Source of the DNA: Takakia lepidozioides
Lineage: Eukaryota > Plantae > Bryophyta
NCBI GenBank assembly: GCA_030704615.1
Contig: CM060733.1
Coordinates: 9,424,001 to 9,488,000 of the forward strand
Reading direction: 5' to 3'
DNA: 64,000 nucleotides
Position numbers and translations under genes: made by a program
Notes under the pieces: generated by a model
The model's input: only the letters and a program-made list of their open reading frames with translations
Told to the model about the DNA's origin: nothing
Databases searched by the model: none
Shown here: positions 38,825-50,421 of the stretch, one piece after another
How positions within the stretch are numbered: position 1 is the stretch's first letter
How the letters are laid out: each line of letters begins with the position of its first letter

Positions 38825-39000
38825 CGCAATGGCGTGAGCGCGCGAGCGTACGCTCACGCCAGCTGACGTGGCGTGAGCGTCATGTCAGCATGCTGATGTG
38901 GCGGTAAATGATGATGTGGCACTGTCCGTCATCTGCCACGTCAGCATTAACATGCGCCGCCTATAACCGTGGATGGTCCTATGACCGTGGAATTAATGCA
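38825..39000. mobile_element. Third hairpin-rich terminus related to the MULE-MTase ends
   Basis: GGCGTGAGCG..CGCTCACGCC hairpin, CTGACGTGGCGTGAGC, TGCCACGTCA and ACCGTGGA x2, in the same order as 26171-26355. Confidence 0.5.
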
Positions 39001-39439
39001 GGGAATCTTGCCTAAATAGAATCAAGACGAGCGTTGAGGCCTACAATTGCAGCATCCAACATTGTGCAATTACAAATGCTTGTTCCACTTTTACAATTAC
39101 GAGGACGAAAAAATATCCTCACAAAGTGTGCGCCATAAAGGCTGCCACGGGAAGACCTTCCTCCCTCCTCAAATAACAATGAGAGTTAGGATCATCTTCA
39201 AAAGATGATTGTAGTGCATAGCGACAGCAAGATATGTAGACTTCGAACGGTGCAATGACAAATGTGCACTACCTAAAAGTTGTCACTCAGAGCTCACTCC
39301 GTATAGTTGGAGGCCATATCATTGCACCGCCGACGGTTTGATGTGAATTACACATTTCAAATCATGGTCGTCCACATACCACATTGCATAGTTGATGCTA
39401 CCCATGTGTTGTATCCCGCTGCAAAAGAGTATCTTTTAA

Positions 39440-39765
39440 TAAATCACACTTTATTATTACTGCTTTAAGAGCATGAGTCATTGTTGCCAAATTCGTGCCC
39501 TTGTCCTTCACGTAGCATAAAATATTTTTGGTCAAATCATATTTCTCCACAAGCCCTTGGAGTTGAGGGGCCAAACCTGCTCTTATGGTGTCTTTTGCTT
39601 CAAATAAACCAACGGTAATGTGTTTTGGCTCCCACTCTTGAGTTAAGAAATTTATGATGAGTGCAAAAGTGTCATGTGCACCCTTACTCATCCAAAGGTC
39701 AAAAGTAGCAGTCGTTGTAATAGCCGTAGCCAAATAAAGACGAACATATGTATTTAGTATATGCT
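39440..39765 (-). pseudogene. hAT transposase fragment (first catalytic Asp region)
   Basis: TATFDLWMSKGAHDTFALIINFL..WEPKHITVGLFE..CYVKDKGTNL; appears to be the same hAT family as 22191-23572. Confidence 0.8.
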
Positions 39766-39769
39766 TGAT

Positions 39770-42700
39770 CACACTAGCGATACTAGTGGGTACACGAGAC
39801 GAGGTGTGCGGTTTAGGCCACCTTTACCTCCTGTGTCTTCTACGGAAGGTTCTGATTCGGATTGTGAATCAGGAAGACTCATACCGGCGGTGCAAGTTGT
39901 TTCCTTGCCATTGTTGTGGGACACAATGGAGGAGATGTATGGAGCTACCAAGGGGCCACGAAGGTACTCTGGGGCGGTGGGCACCATCGAGTTGGATGAT
40001 TTTATCCAAGAGTTTGATAGTTGGTGTGATTTGCAGTAAATGCGCAATCCATAACTATTTACGCCTTTCATGGCATGGAAGGTGTTGTTTCAGCACCTTG
40101 AGGGACCACCTATGGATGATTACCATGAGTTCAGGCGGGGGCATGAGGTTGAGATCAAGGAGTGGATGATGTACTGGTCACCCGACTATGTCTCCATCAC
40201 TAGGGGCACTAGAGTCACGAGGGCAGTGGCTACACCTGCCGCTGCACTGGCAGCTTCAGCAAGCAGCAGTGGGACTAGTAGGACTGGTGGTACCGTAGCT
40301 ACGACGTCCACCCAAGCCACTACCGCACCAGCACCAGTACCCGTGCCTGTCTTCAACCCTGTTGTGGAGTTCTTCGAAGAGTTGAGAGGGAACTACCAAG
40401 GAGTGAGGACAGAGAAGTTGCGGAGCTTGCAAGAGTTCCAACAGAAGCCTACTAAGAGCTTGAGGGAGGCTTTCACTCGCATGAGGCGCTTGATAAATGT
40501 AACCAAGGGGTTACGGAAGCTCAGACAGTCCAATTCTGGTATGGGATATTGGATAAGGAGCTGAGGAGAAGGGTGCGGGATGCAACTCTCATACAAGCGG
40601 CCCAACCCACCTTAGCAAATGTGTTTTTGCTGGCAGAGCGGATAGAGATCAACATGGTGGAGGAACGGGTGGTCATGGTGGGATTTGCTAAGGAGACACC
40701 ACGGGGTAGTGGTGCTCCTAGCCAACCACTACCTCAACGTGCTCAAGGCAACAAGGAGGCTCAGGTGAAGCTCAGGGAAGGGCAAAGAGGACCTCAGATG
40801 CAGGGGTCTCTCCCTTCATTTGCAGGCCAACAACGGGCGGATGTGGTGTGTTGGACATGTGGAGGACCCTACGTCAAGAAGGATTGTCCAGTGGGAGGCA
40901 AAGGGCCGGCACATGCACAGCCTGCACAGTTGCAGTGTGGGCATTGTGGCAAGCACGGACATGGAGAGGCCCAGTGTTATGGTTTGCATCCCGAGTTGCG
41001 CCGAGGCCAGTTCCAAGGGAACAATGGTGGTCGGGGGCGAGGGGGAGCAACCCAAAGAGGACGAGGTGGCCAAGCACGGGGTGTAGGCCAAGGGCAAGCT
41101 CAACATGGCCAAAGACGCGGAGGTCAGGGTGTTGACCAAGGCATGGCCAACCGGCTTCAGCAGCTAGAGCAGAGGCTCACTGCCATGGCTACAGCTCAGG
41201 TGGTACCGGCTCCAAGGCCGGATGGTCTACCTCCTGCTCCTGAGGGAGGAGATATGAGAGGCATGGGATTCATGTGCGGAGCAGCACTACCACTAGTGCA
41301 GGTGGAGTTTGCTGCAGCCGTGACTCGAGGAGCAGCACGAGTTCCTGAGCCACGAGGTGCAGAGGTGGAGTTGGATCCACAGCGTGGGGAGGCAAGCCGT
41401 CAGGCTAGGCTCCCTCAGTCATCCACATTGGCGGAGACAGTGTCGACGCCATCCATGGCACCTAGTTCTCGCCCGATTGTTACCGAGGTGGAGGTTACTA
41501 CGCCATTAGGGAGAGCTACACGGGTAGCACCACTACCTAGTGTTGCCAAGGCTACGGCAGCTAGTGTGATGCTGGGAGCGGCCACATTTGTGTGTCAGGC
41601 TCCATTGTTCTCAGCTACCATGATTGCGACGCCGGGGGTAAGACCAGCTGAGGTGTTCAGGCTGGCAGCTACACTCTGTGAGAATGGGGATGTTACTTCA
41701 TCTTCTGCGGAGATAGTGGGAGGTGTAGTGCCGGAGGGATCCTCGGATTTGAGGGTCAAGACTGCCACGACGGCGCCATGGCAAGCTGCAGCTGCCAGGT
41801 TGATGGAGCTGCCAGCTAGGCCAGCCATTGAGCGCGCCATGGTTACACCTGGAGTTGTCATGTTAGACAACCAGGATGGCATTTTCTGTTTGAGTGGAAC
41901 GGCAGACAAGAGATACCGGCCTTTGCAGGTCTTGTTGGACTCAGGAGCTCAGCCATTGATGTTGGGCAGAGCTGCTATTACAGGCTTGGGCCTCATGGAG
42001 GCGGATGTGGAGCCTTGTCATTTCCAGATGCAGACGTCTCTGGGAGGATCGGAGCAGGCTCGGGGCATGACACGGCGTGAGTTGGCTATCAGACTACGGC
42101 CGGATCACCCTACAAATGGCTCAGTGATGCGAGCCAAGGCCATTGTGACAGACGCGGTCTCGTACGATGTCCTGGTTGGTGGGGCAATGTTGTACCCCAT
42201 GGGCTTCACCCTGGATTTTTGGGAGGAGTCAGCTTCCTATAGGCCTGGATGGCAGTCAGGGGAGGGCCGACGTGTGCAGCTCCCTGTGACGTTTATAGGA
42301 GGAGTTGCGGTTGCCCAGCGGGGCAAGATGCCGACACTAGCAGCATTCACAGCTGCAGTGACTTGGCCTGGAGAGTTGCTTGAGGGAAAGGCTCATTCAG
42401 AGGATGACATACCTCCAAGAAAACAGGGTGACATGTATGATATGGCGGAGTTACCTGCCATGGTTGCTCAGACTCCATTGTGGGGCACGAGCAAGGATTT
42501 GCAGCGGGTTGCTGATCGACGGGTGCAACAAGCCTGGGTGGAGGCTTTTGTACCGTCAGGAGAGGAGGAGAGTGCGGGGATTGCACCAGGACCACCTCAG
42601 TTGTCTCCATTGGACACCACACCTATTGTGTGGCAGTATCCGGATGAAGGCATTTGTCTTCTGGACTTGTTTGGCGGGATCAGCACCGGATTGGCTATTG

Positions 42701-44775
42701 TGTTACAGGCAGGTGTACGAGTTCGGCGTTACCTGTATGTGGAGAGGGATGAGACTCCACGACGCGTTTCACTTCGCCATGTTGCTCAGTTGGTGCAGCG
42801 GTACCCTGAGTTGTTGTCGATGGCTGCAGTTCGTGGATATCAGCAGGCCTTGCCAGTAGACATTTCGTTGCTGGGGGCGCAAGATTTGGAGCGGGTTGGC
42901 TCCATTGATCTGGTAGTGGCAGGTTGGCCCTGCCAAGGGCATTCATCAGCCGGGCATGGCAATGGATTACGAGACTCGAGGTCGGGTCTGTTTTGGGAGA
43001 TGGTGCGGATTTTGCGCCACTTGCAGCTTCATCAAGCTGTATCTCCAGCATACATCCTGGAGAATGTGCCACTAATGGACGATTCTTAGGCCAGGACGAT
43101 GGCCAGTGTGCATCAAGTCCGGTCGTGGCTCGGGTCAGCAGTGTTGTTAGATGCAGCTACAGTGGGGTCACGGGCTCATCGTCCACAGCTATGGTGGACT
43201 AACTTGATGCCACCCGCACTGCTCAAGCGTGCATTTGATGGGGTGCAGCGGCCAGCACATTTCACAGTGGATAGCATTCTGGACACCGGGAGGCAGTCTC
43301 AGCGTGTGAGACACGATGACCGTTCGCCTTTGGCAGTGGTCAACAAGGTGGGTCAACCACGAGCAGCATTACCTACACTACTCAGCTTCCGAGGATCACA
43401 TTCTTTCCGGGATTGTGGACCTGGCCTCCTGTGGGATGCTCAGTTGCAGCAGTTAGTGGAGCCTAATGCTGACGAGCGTGAGCGGGCAATGGGTTTTACC
43501 ACTGGTACCACGGCGGTGCCATCTCTTTCTGAGGCAGCACGTCGTCAGGTGTTGGGGCAAGCAATGGATCTCAATTGCTTGACCTGCATTATCAGCTTGG
43601 CTATGGCTGAGCAACGCAAAGTGCGGAGTGCACTTCCCTCGCTGGTCTCTCTGCCTACTGAGACGGTACAGGCAGTGAATGGGGGCGAGCATGTGAGGAC
43701 CACGGGGTGTAGGCATCCATGGCACACGTGGGAGGTGCTCGAGGTTCAGAGGGAGTTGGCAACCAAGGTGGCGGTGATGGATGAGGCTGGGGATTTTTCT
43801 CAGGTTGAGGAAGTCCTCGAGGATGAGATGATGGGGCAAGATGAGGCCTTGTCATTGACTGAACAGGTAGGGAGTACTACTAAAGAGGTTGCAACATAGA
43901 AACCACTAGATGCGTCATCTACCTCTAAGCCCACTGGACTTAAGGTTGTAGTTACGGAGGACAATTGGGAGCCTGACATTGGACCCAAGAGGTTCAAGTG
44001 GGAGGGGATACACCTGCTCCGAGTATGGGAGGATGGTCGGGTGAGGATTGTGCCTCACCCCACACATCGTGCACGGTTAGTGCGGCATGCCCATGAGTAG
44101 TTGGGGCATTTTGGAGTGCGACGCACTCACAGTTTACTGTAGGGGCAGTATTGGTGGCGTGGTATGCATATAGAGGTGCAACAGTTCGTGGCTAGGTGCA
44201 TGGTATGTGACAGGGTGCGTGCTTCATTTAACGCCCCTACACCACAGTTGCATCCTTTACCAATCATGGGATTGGGCTACAGGTGGAGTCTTGATTTCGT
44301 AGGACCGTTGCCACTGACTATGCGCCACCACAGATATGTGTTGGTGATGGTGGAGCACTTCTCCAAGTGGATTGAGTTGGTTCCATTGCCTGACAAGGCT
44401 AGTGAGGGGGCTGCGTATGCATTCTTGGATCGTGTGCTTAGCCGATTCGGTGCTCCAGCTGAGGTACTCACGGACCAAGGGAGAGAGTTATTGGGGGAGT
44501 TTCAGGCTTTGTGTGATAAAGTCTTGATAGACCACCGCACCACTTCTCGGGATCATCCTGAGGCCGATGGCTTGGCAGAGAGAGTTGTTCAGACGGTGAA
44601 GAGGGGTTTGCACAAGTATGGCTTGCAGAAATGACACCTAGGAGATTGGGATCTTCAGGTGCCTTGGTTAGCCATGGGCTGCAGGTTCAGCAAACAAACA
44701 TAACTTAAATCTTTCTCACCATATTTCCTTCTCTTTGGCCGAGAGCCGGATTTGCCTGCAGCCATTCGTAGGGAC
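39770..44775 (+). mobile_element. DNMT-carrying Ty3/gypsy copy B: gag-protease-C5 MTase-integrase, RT/RNase H absent, both LTRs lost
   Basis: ORF 40549-43089 fuses gag knuckles, protease LLDSGA and MTase motifs I-VI in one frame. 43099-43899 continues in frame with motifs VIII, IX (PNADERERAMGF) and X (RRQVLGQAMD). Integrase follows: HAHE*LGHFG..CMVC, WSLDFVGP, TDQGRE, PEADGLAE. Confidence 0.92.
42640..43600 (+). CDS. DNA (cytosine-5)-methyltransferase domain, complete, with one in-frame stop at 43087
   Basis: Motifs I, IV (PCQ), VI (ENV), VIII, IX and X in canonical order. Confidence 0.92.
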
Positions 44776-47120
44776 ACTGTCGGGAACATCCTGTGTGATT
44801 TGAGGAATGAATTGCATATCTTGGGAGATCATGAATGACCTCATCAAATCCGGAAGAATGTAGGTGTTGCGTTCCTTTAGCTTCTTCGAGAGATAGCTAA
44901 AGAATCCGTCAATATCCTCACGGGTGTGCCCGACCATGAGAAAACCAAGCTGGATCTCTTCAAAGACATCTTTGGCAGTGAGGAGGGATAGGAAAGCAAG
45001 CATCCATCTGTTCTTATTGTCTTTGGAGGAGTTGTCCATCTGCAAATAAAGTCGTCTAGGAAGTGGTCGAGCACCACGTTTATCGTGCGGCCTGCAGGGT
45101 TTCAGAGCCTCCAAACATCTCGATTTACCTCTCATGAGCGTTTCAAAAAACTCATTTTGAACTTCAGTGTCGAAAATGTTCCTGGATTCCCGGCATGTCA
45201 GCTTTTCCAGTTGGCGCAGGCACCGAGCCAGCGACCCAATTGTGAAGTTTGAATTGTCTTTCCAGAACTCAAGGGAAAATTGAACGTAAACTCCATCTCC
45301 GTGTCCGTGCGTAACCATTCCTGTCAATGAGACGGGCAACTGACCCAATCCGGAGACCATCTTGTTCGTCGTCTGTAGCCTCGGAAAAGCCGTTTTCCTA
45401 TGATCCATCTTATCATGAATAATACATATGAACTCCTCTGGAACCATAACGGACTCATTCCTCCAGCTATGGTACAGCCTTCTGCATGACTCTTGATGCC
45501 TCAAGTGCAAATCAAGTGCCCGCTTATGTGCGACCTGTTCGGAACTCCTCTTAATCGACTTCTTGATCAAATCCTTGAACATCTCGCATTCTGTGCACTT
45601 AGCAAAGGTGCTTCCTGTTTTCCGAACCTCCACGTTAGGAAATATTCGATTCCGTATATGGCTTATAGCTGGCTGCGAGACTCCTTTCAAACCGAGTAGT
45701 TTGTTTGTCTGCACCCCAACTCCCCAACAATGTCAACGTCCACTGGGCAGTGGAGGTTCTACAAAGTGGAAGAACAAGAAAGCATGATGGCATAAAAAAG
45801 AATAAAATCATCCACAGTATTTTGAAAAACGAAAGGGGACAACGAATAAAAGTCACCTCGTTGGACTCCTCTCGAATTCTCTTCCAGTTCATTTCGAGTG
45901 GCAAAATTCTCAAAGTATCCCGAAGTCCCAATGCAACGTGTTTTGTGAGGCATAAGGTCAGTATCAGCATTGATAATGGACATAATGTTCCCCTCTGCCT
46001 GGAGTGTCCCTGGTCGCGGCCGCTTGACGCCACGATTTCCGTGGAAAAGCTTTTTGTACTCCATGTACGTTGACCTTCCAATTCCGTGTATTATCCACCA
46101 TGTTTTCTCACAAACATCAACACCTTCTATCGTAACATACCACCTGCGCGATGACCCATCCATAATGTGAAGTCGTTTTGAAACATTCAATCCAAGTTCT
46201 CTCCTCTCATCGAATGACGAACCCCAAAATGCAGTATGAATTGCCACGGTTTTTCTCCAATCAAAATACTGGCAGCACTGAAGCTTGCAGCAAGGTTTGT
46301 TGCCCACCGACGTCACTTCATCCAAAGTAAGATTTTTCTTGCACTTTTTTGAGTCCTCCATATTGGATGGATTTTTCTTCCTAGTAAAATGGCTGTATGC
46401 TGCTTTCAATACGCCTGTACCATGGTCGTCATTCTCCATGTCACTACATTATCGTAGGAAATTTTCGAGATCAATGGAGAGTATCCGGCCATTTTCAAGA
46501 AGTCTTATTTTTGTTAACGGCCATTTCACAATCGACATCAGTGAACCGGACTCTCCAGAGATCGTTCTGGTGACCAGAACCCCAACATCGTCCTCTCCGA
46601 ATTTGTCATTCAGAATGATCTCGTTAGGAATGCATGCCTGAATTTGGCCTTTGAACAGGGCGTTTCCGTCCTCCCCAAGAAGAAGACACTGCAAGTTTCT
46701 CCAACATTCTCTCCCCAGACCTGCAGACAGAGCCCCCCCCAGTCTCACCGTTGGACGTAATATCATTGCTTTCAGTGCTTTGTCCTTGATAATCACTACC
46801 TTCTGTGATGGAATGACATCCTGGGTTTCTCGGGGATGATGAATCCACAGTTTCATGCGTGTGAACACATGACACGTCCCACACAACTGGAGTCCCAATC
46901 GCCTCCTTCAATGTGTCAGCATCCATGTGTCGATAAGGCAGAGGACATGAGCCAAATGCGTCATCACAAAAGATCAGGGTAACTGAAATGGTGGACGAAC
47001 ACAAGTGGTGTCCGTGGCAAGTTCCATCCCTAGAAACATTCAGGCGATCTCCTGAGGCAACAGCTGAAGGAGATCCAGGAAGCGACAGAACACCCTTTGG
47101 CCTACTTGGAACCCCATGAA
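44776..47120 (-). mobile_element. Sola-like DNA transposase gene (disrupted, likely spliced) with N-terminal Tnp1/En-Spm-like accessory domains
   Basis: FAKCTEC..H..HQ..R, ICIIHDKMD, LYLQMDNSSKDNKN, FLMVGHTREDIDGFFS; upstream CCKLQCC..VCEKTWWIIHGI; 46450-47000 carries GTCHGHHL..LPY..GTPVVWD-type domains. Confidence 0.7.
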
Positions 47121-49410
47121 GTTAGTAACCTCCACTGGGCAGTGGAGGTCCAGTAAAATCCTATTACTGGACTGAAGATTAACTGAAGAAAAGAAAGTCT
47201 TGCCACCGAAAGGAGAAACTTTAAGTATAACTTTTTCGACGGTTTTGAATGAGAAAACAATATGGATTGAAAAAGTAAAGTCAATGTTTGGATCTACACT
47301 AGGACTGATAAAAAGCAATTGGAATTAAATTGGAGTACGAGGGCGGAGTATAGACTACATCTATCGGAACTGTCGGATGAAGTCACAATTGTCAACCTCC
47401 ACTGGGCAGTGGAGGTTGGATGAACTTAGGATTCGGGCGCAAGCATTTTGTCCATTAAAATCAGGTAGAGACCAACGTCATGTTCTGAGGTCCACTCAAA
47501 GTAAATTCACTCCTTTATACCACAACGAGTAGGTACCTGCAGAATGACCATACATGTACATGTACCTACTAGAATTGCTTAATACGCTTGCTCAAGTTTA
47601 CTCTCCATTTCAGTGCCAGAAGCTCCAGAATTAGATGAAGCTTTATGTCTCGTTCAAACTCAAACTCTCCTCTGCAGTGGGGTACTATGCCGAATGTCCT
47701 TGCCAGTACTGCATCGGCAGGTAGTGATTAGAAAGCGCATGCACGTAAAAGCTGATCCCCTGCATCATTGTACTAATCAGTGTACTAGTTAGTCCTAACC
47801 TTCTTTAGGATTGTTCCCAATCATGCATTATAGCTCCTGCAAGGCGGCTGTTGATACTGACACCAAATCGTTCTAGAACAGAAGAAGAATCACCCGCGTT
47901 GCCGCACATGCGCAATCATTTTTCCTCACAGCGTCCTTCAATTTGGTTGATGAAATGTATATCCCATCCTAATCCCTCTTGTGCAATCTTATGGCCGGAG
48001 GTGAGGCGGTCCGATACAACATCCATTAGTGCAGCCGGTGCTGTCGGCATTCATCAAGTATCAACTGCGAGAAATGATCAATATAGATCTCCACTCTAGA
48101 GGGGAATCTCAACCCAAATGTACGATGCATCCAGCATGCGAGAGAAAGAAACTCTGGCACAAGGTAGCAAGCTAGCGACTCCAGCATGAAAGATAGTCTA
48201 CAATTGTACTCTCAGCCCTGCACGTTCGTGGAGCTTCGCATGAGTTGTTAAAATAATTAAGAGTGGCCGCAATGGGGATGAGCGAGTTGTGAGCAGGTGA
48301 GTCGGTGAGGAGGTGAGCGTGCGAGCAGCCAAAATTTTCAAGGTTCGAACGTTCGGACGTGAGAATCTAATCGGACCTGTAGTTTGGACGAAGTGGCACA
48401 AATAAAGATGGCTTCGGATATATGTTCTACTTAGTATTGGAAATAGGCTTGGGCTTGGTTCTCCGGCTAACCAGAGATACATAACGTAATGTGTTGTTCA
48501 CCGGAGAACTACATGATGCTGACAACCCAGCTCCATTGAACTCAAACAGAATACAAAAACGTTTTTTTTTTTTTTTTCCAATAAAGGAAACCTCGGAGTG
48601 ACTGCTCACAATTCAGGCCCTTTGAGGAAAAATTCACATATGTGTAATATAATGTGAACAAAGATAAATTTATTGTATCTGAAAATATTAAATTGTGCTT
48701 ACATAATATTCACTTTGATTTTATGCTCACCAAAATTTTGGCCCACCCACTTGCTCGCCTACTACCAACACCCACACCTGTCAGGTTTCCTTTATCTCTT
48801 ATATATATCTACTCTTAAAGGTCAATGAAATTCAACTAGTTAAATTACAGACATCTACATTCGTCCATCAATGGAATCCCCACTGAAAACCTGTGCCAGC
48901 AGGAATAGGCAACGGTATCCATAGGAATAAACTCATAGATATCATGTACATTCATCCTCTATTCATCCATTAATGAAATATATCACAAGGCAACTGGACA
49001 GCGACCCAACGCTCGATAGTGCCATGGCCAGGGCTACATTGCGGTCAGCTTTAGGGTTAGTGGCTTGTAATCCTCTTCACTGAATTTTGAGAGTAAAGTA
49101 GCTAGATAATTCTAAGAAAAACCAGTATTTTTTTGCTTTGTGGCTCCTGATCCGAGTTCCTAAGCTTTTTCATTTGCTGCACCCTGCTTCGCGGCTCGCG
49201 CTTTGCGCCCAGAAAACTACCAGCCAAAAAAATATAGATTTTTTTTATCGAACTGCACTTCTGTAGTTGGACCATCTGCTCTATTTGTTTTTAGGATTTT
49301 CGCTTCTCCGAACGAGAGAATACGAGATAAAAAACTCGAGATTTAGGCAAATTTTTTTTTTTTTGCTACCTCCTCCACAGCAGAATGGTAGCTTGCCTGT
49401 GGCGGAGCCT

Positions 49411-49475
49411 TACGCTGGATGGAATGCCTCTAGTAGTTTCGGCTCATATGTTTCTGTAATAGGAATTTTTCGTTT
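49411..49475 (+). pseudogene. cox1: Short mitochondrial cox1-like fragment (putative NUMT)
   Basis: YAGWNASSSFGSYVSVIGIF resembles plant COX1 YAGWNA(L/F)SSFGSY(I/V)SVVGI; preceded by AT-rich organelle-like DNA. Confidence 0.6.
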
Positions 49476-49485
49476 ATGAACTCGT

Positions 49486-50421
49486 GGATGAAAGATAAAT
49501 GGATTGCAGTGAGGTATGAGATTTATTGGAGAATATTAGCATTGTGTAATTCGAACCAGGTGGAACTAGCTGTAGCAGAATGAATCATTAGTCGATTAGT
49601 TTCTAGATCATGCGTGAAGTTCCCGTCGGGAACACCTGTTACATACAAAAGGACTGTCTCTCACACCTCCTGAATCAGTAGTGTGTACTGCTAGCTGTGT
49701 ATAACAAGAGTTGAGTATGCTCTGTACCGAGGGTTTGGTACACGAGTTGTAACCCTTGCTTATTACGGTTTAATATATATATTCTGGATGCTTGCAAAGC
49801 TGTGTGTGGGGTCAGTCTAGGTGTAAGAGTTGCCTGAGTCACTGTAACAAAGTGATGTCTTCCATTAGGTTATGGGCTCCATTTGCTACCAATTAAAATT
49901 GTGCTTCTCTGTGTGTATCAGAGGTATATTCTTGTTCTGTAGTCCTTGTTGCGAGGTGAGGTGTCTTCTTGCCAAACGCGTGTAAGCCTGATTGTCTAGC
50001 CTGTCGTAGGTTCTTCTGTGTGAACCGTTAGCAAGCATTTATTGCTAAGACATTCCCACCTAATATAGTCTTCGTATAATAAGTTCGTGGGTATTTCTTG
50101 GACATCAATCGCCATGGCTGATGCGAGTAGGGATCTTGGAAGCATAACCCGCTTCACGGTGGCTAACTTCCATCTGTGGAAATTTCAAATTAGAGCCATC
50201 TTGCTTGGCAAAGATTTTATGGATATAGTAGACGGTACCTTAGCTAAGCCTGCTGAAACTGCTACCGCAGAAGTCCGTCTTGAGAGGAAGAAACGCGATA
50301 GTCAAGCGTTTAGTCTGTTGTGTCAAGCACTGGATGAGAGTATGCTGATACATATCTTGGCGTGTGTACGTCCGCTGATATCTAGAACAAGCTGAAGCTC
50401 ATTCATGAGCAGAACACTTCA
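49486..50421 (+). mobile_element. Ty1/copia 5' part: LTR (~49486-49864), PBS and gag N-terminus
   Basis: GGTTATGGGCTCCA (half-tRNA-iMet-type PBS) at ~49868; gag NFHLWKFQIRAILLGKDFMDIVDGT..KP. Confidence 0.75.

Noticed and set aside
38825-39000. Right TIR of the 26171 MULE
   Set aside because: Motif order has the same polarity as the left end, there is no terminal GCATCCC, and no matching TSD (CAAGCACCA) is seen.
48800-49080. Helitron 5' end (AT-run then TCTACT)
   Set aside because: No Rep/helicase sequence and no convincing 3' hairpin-CTAG found.
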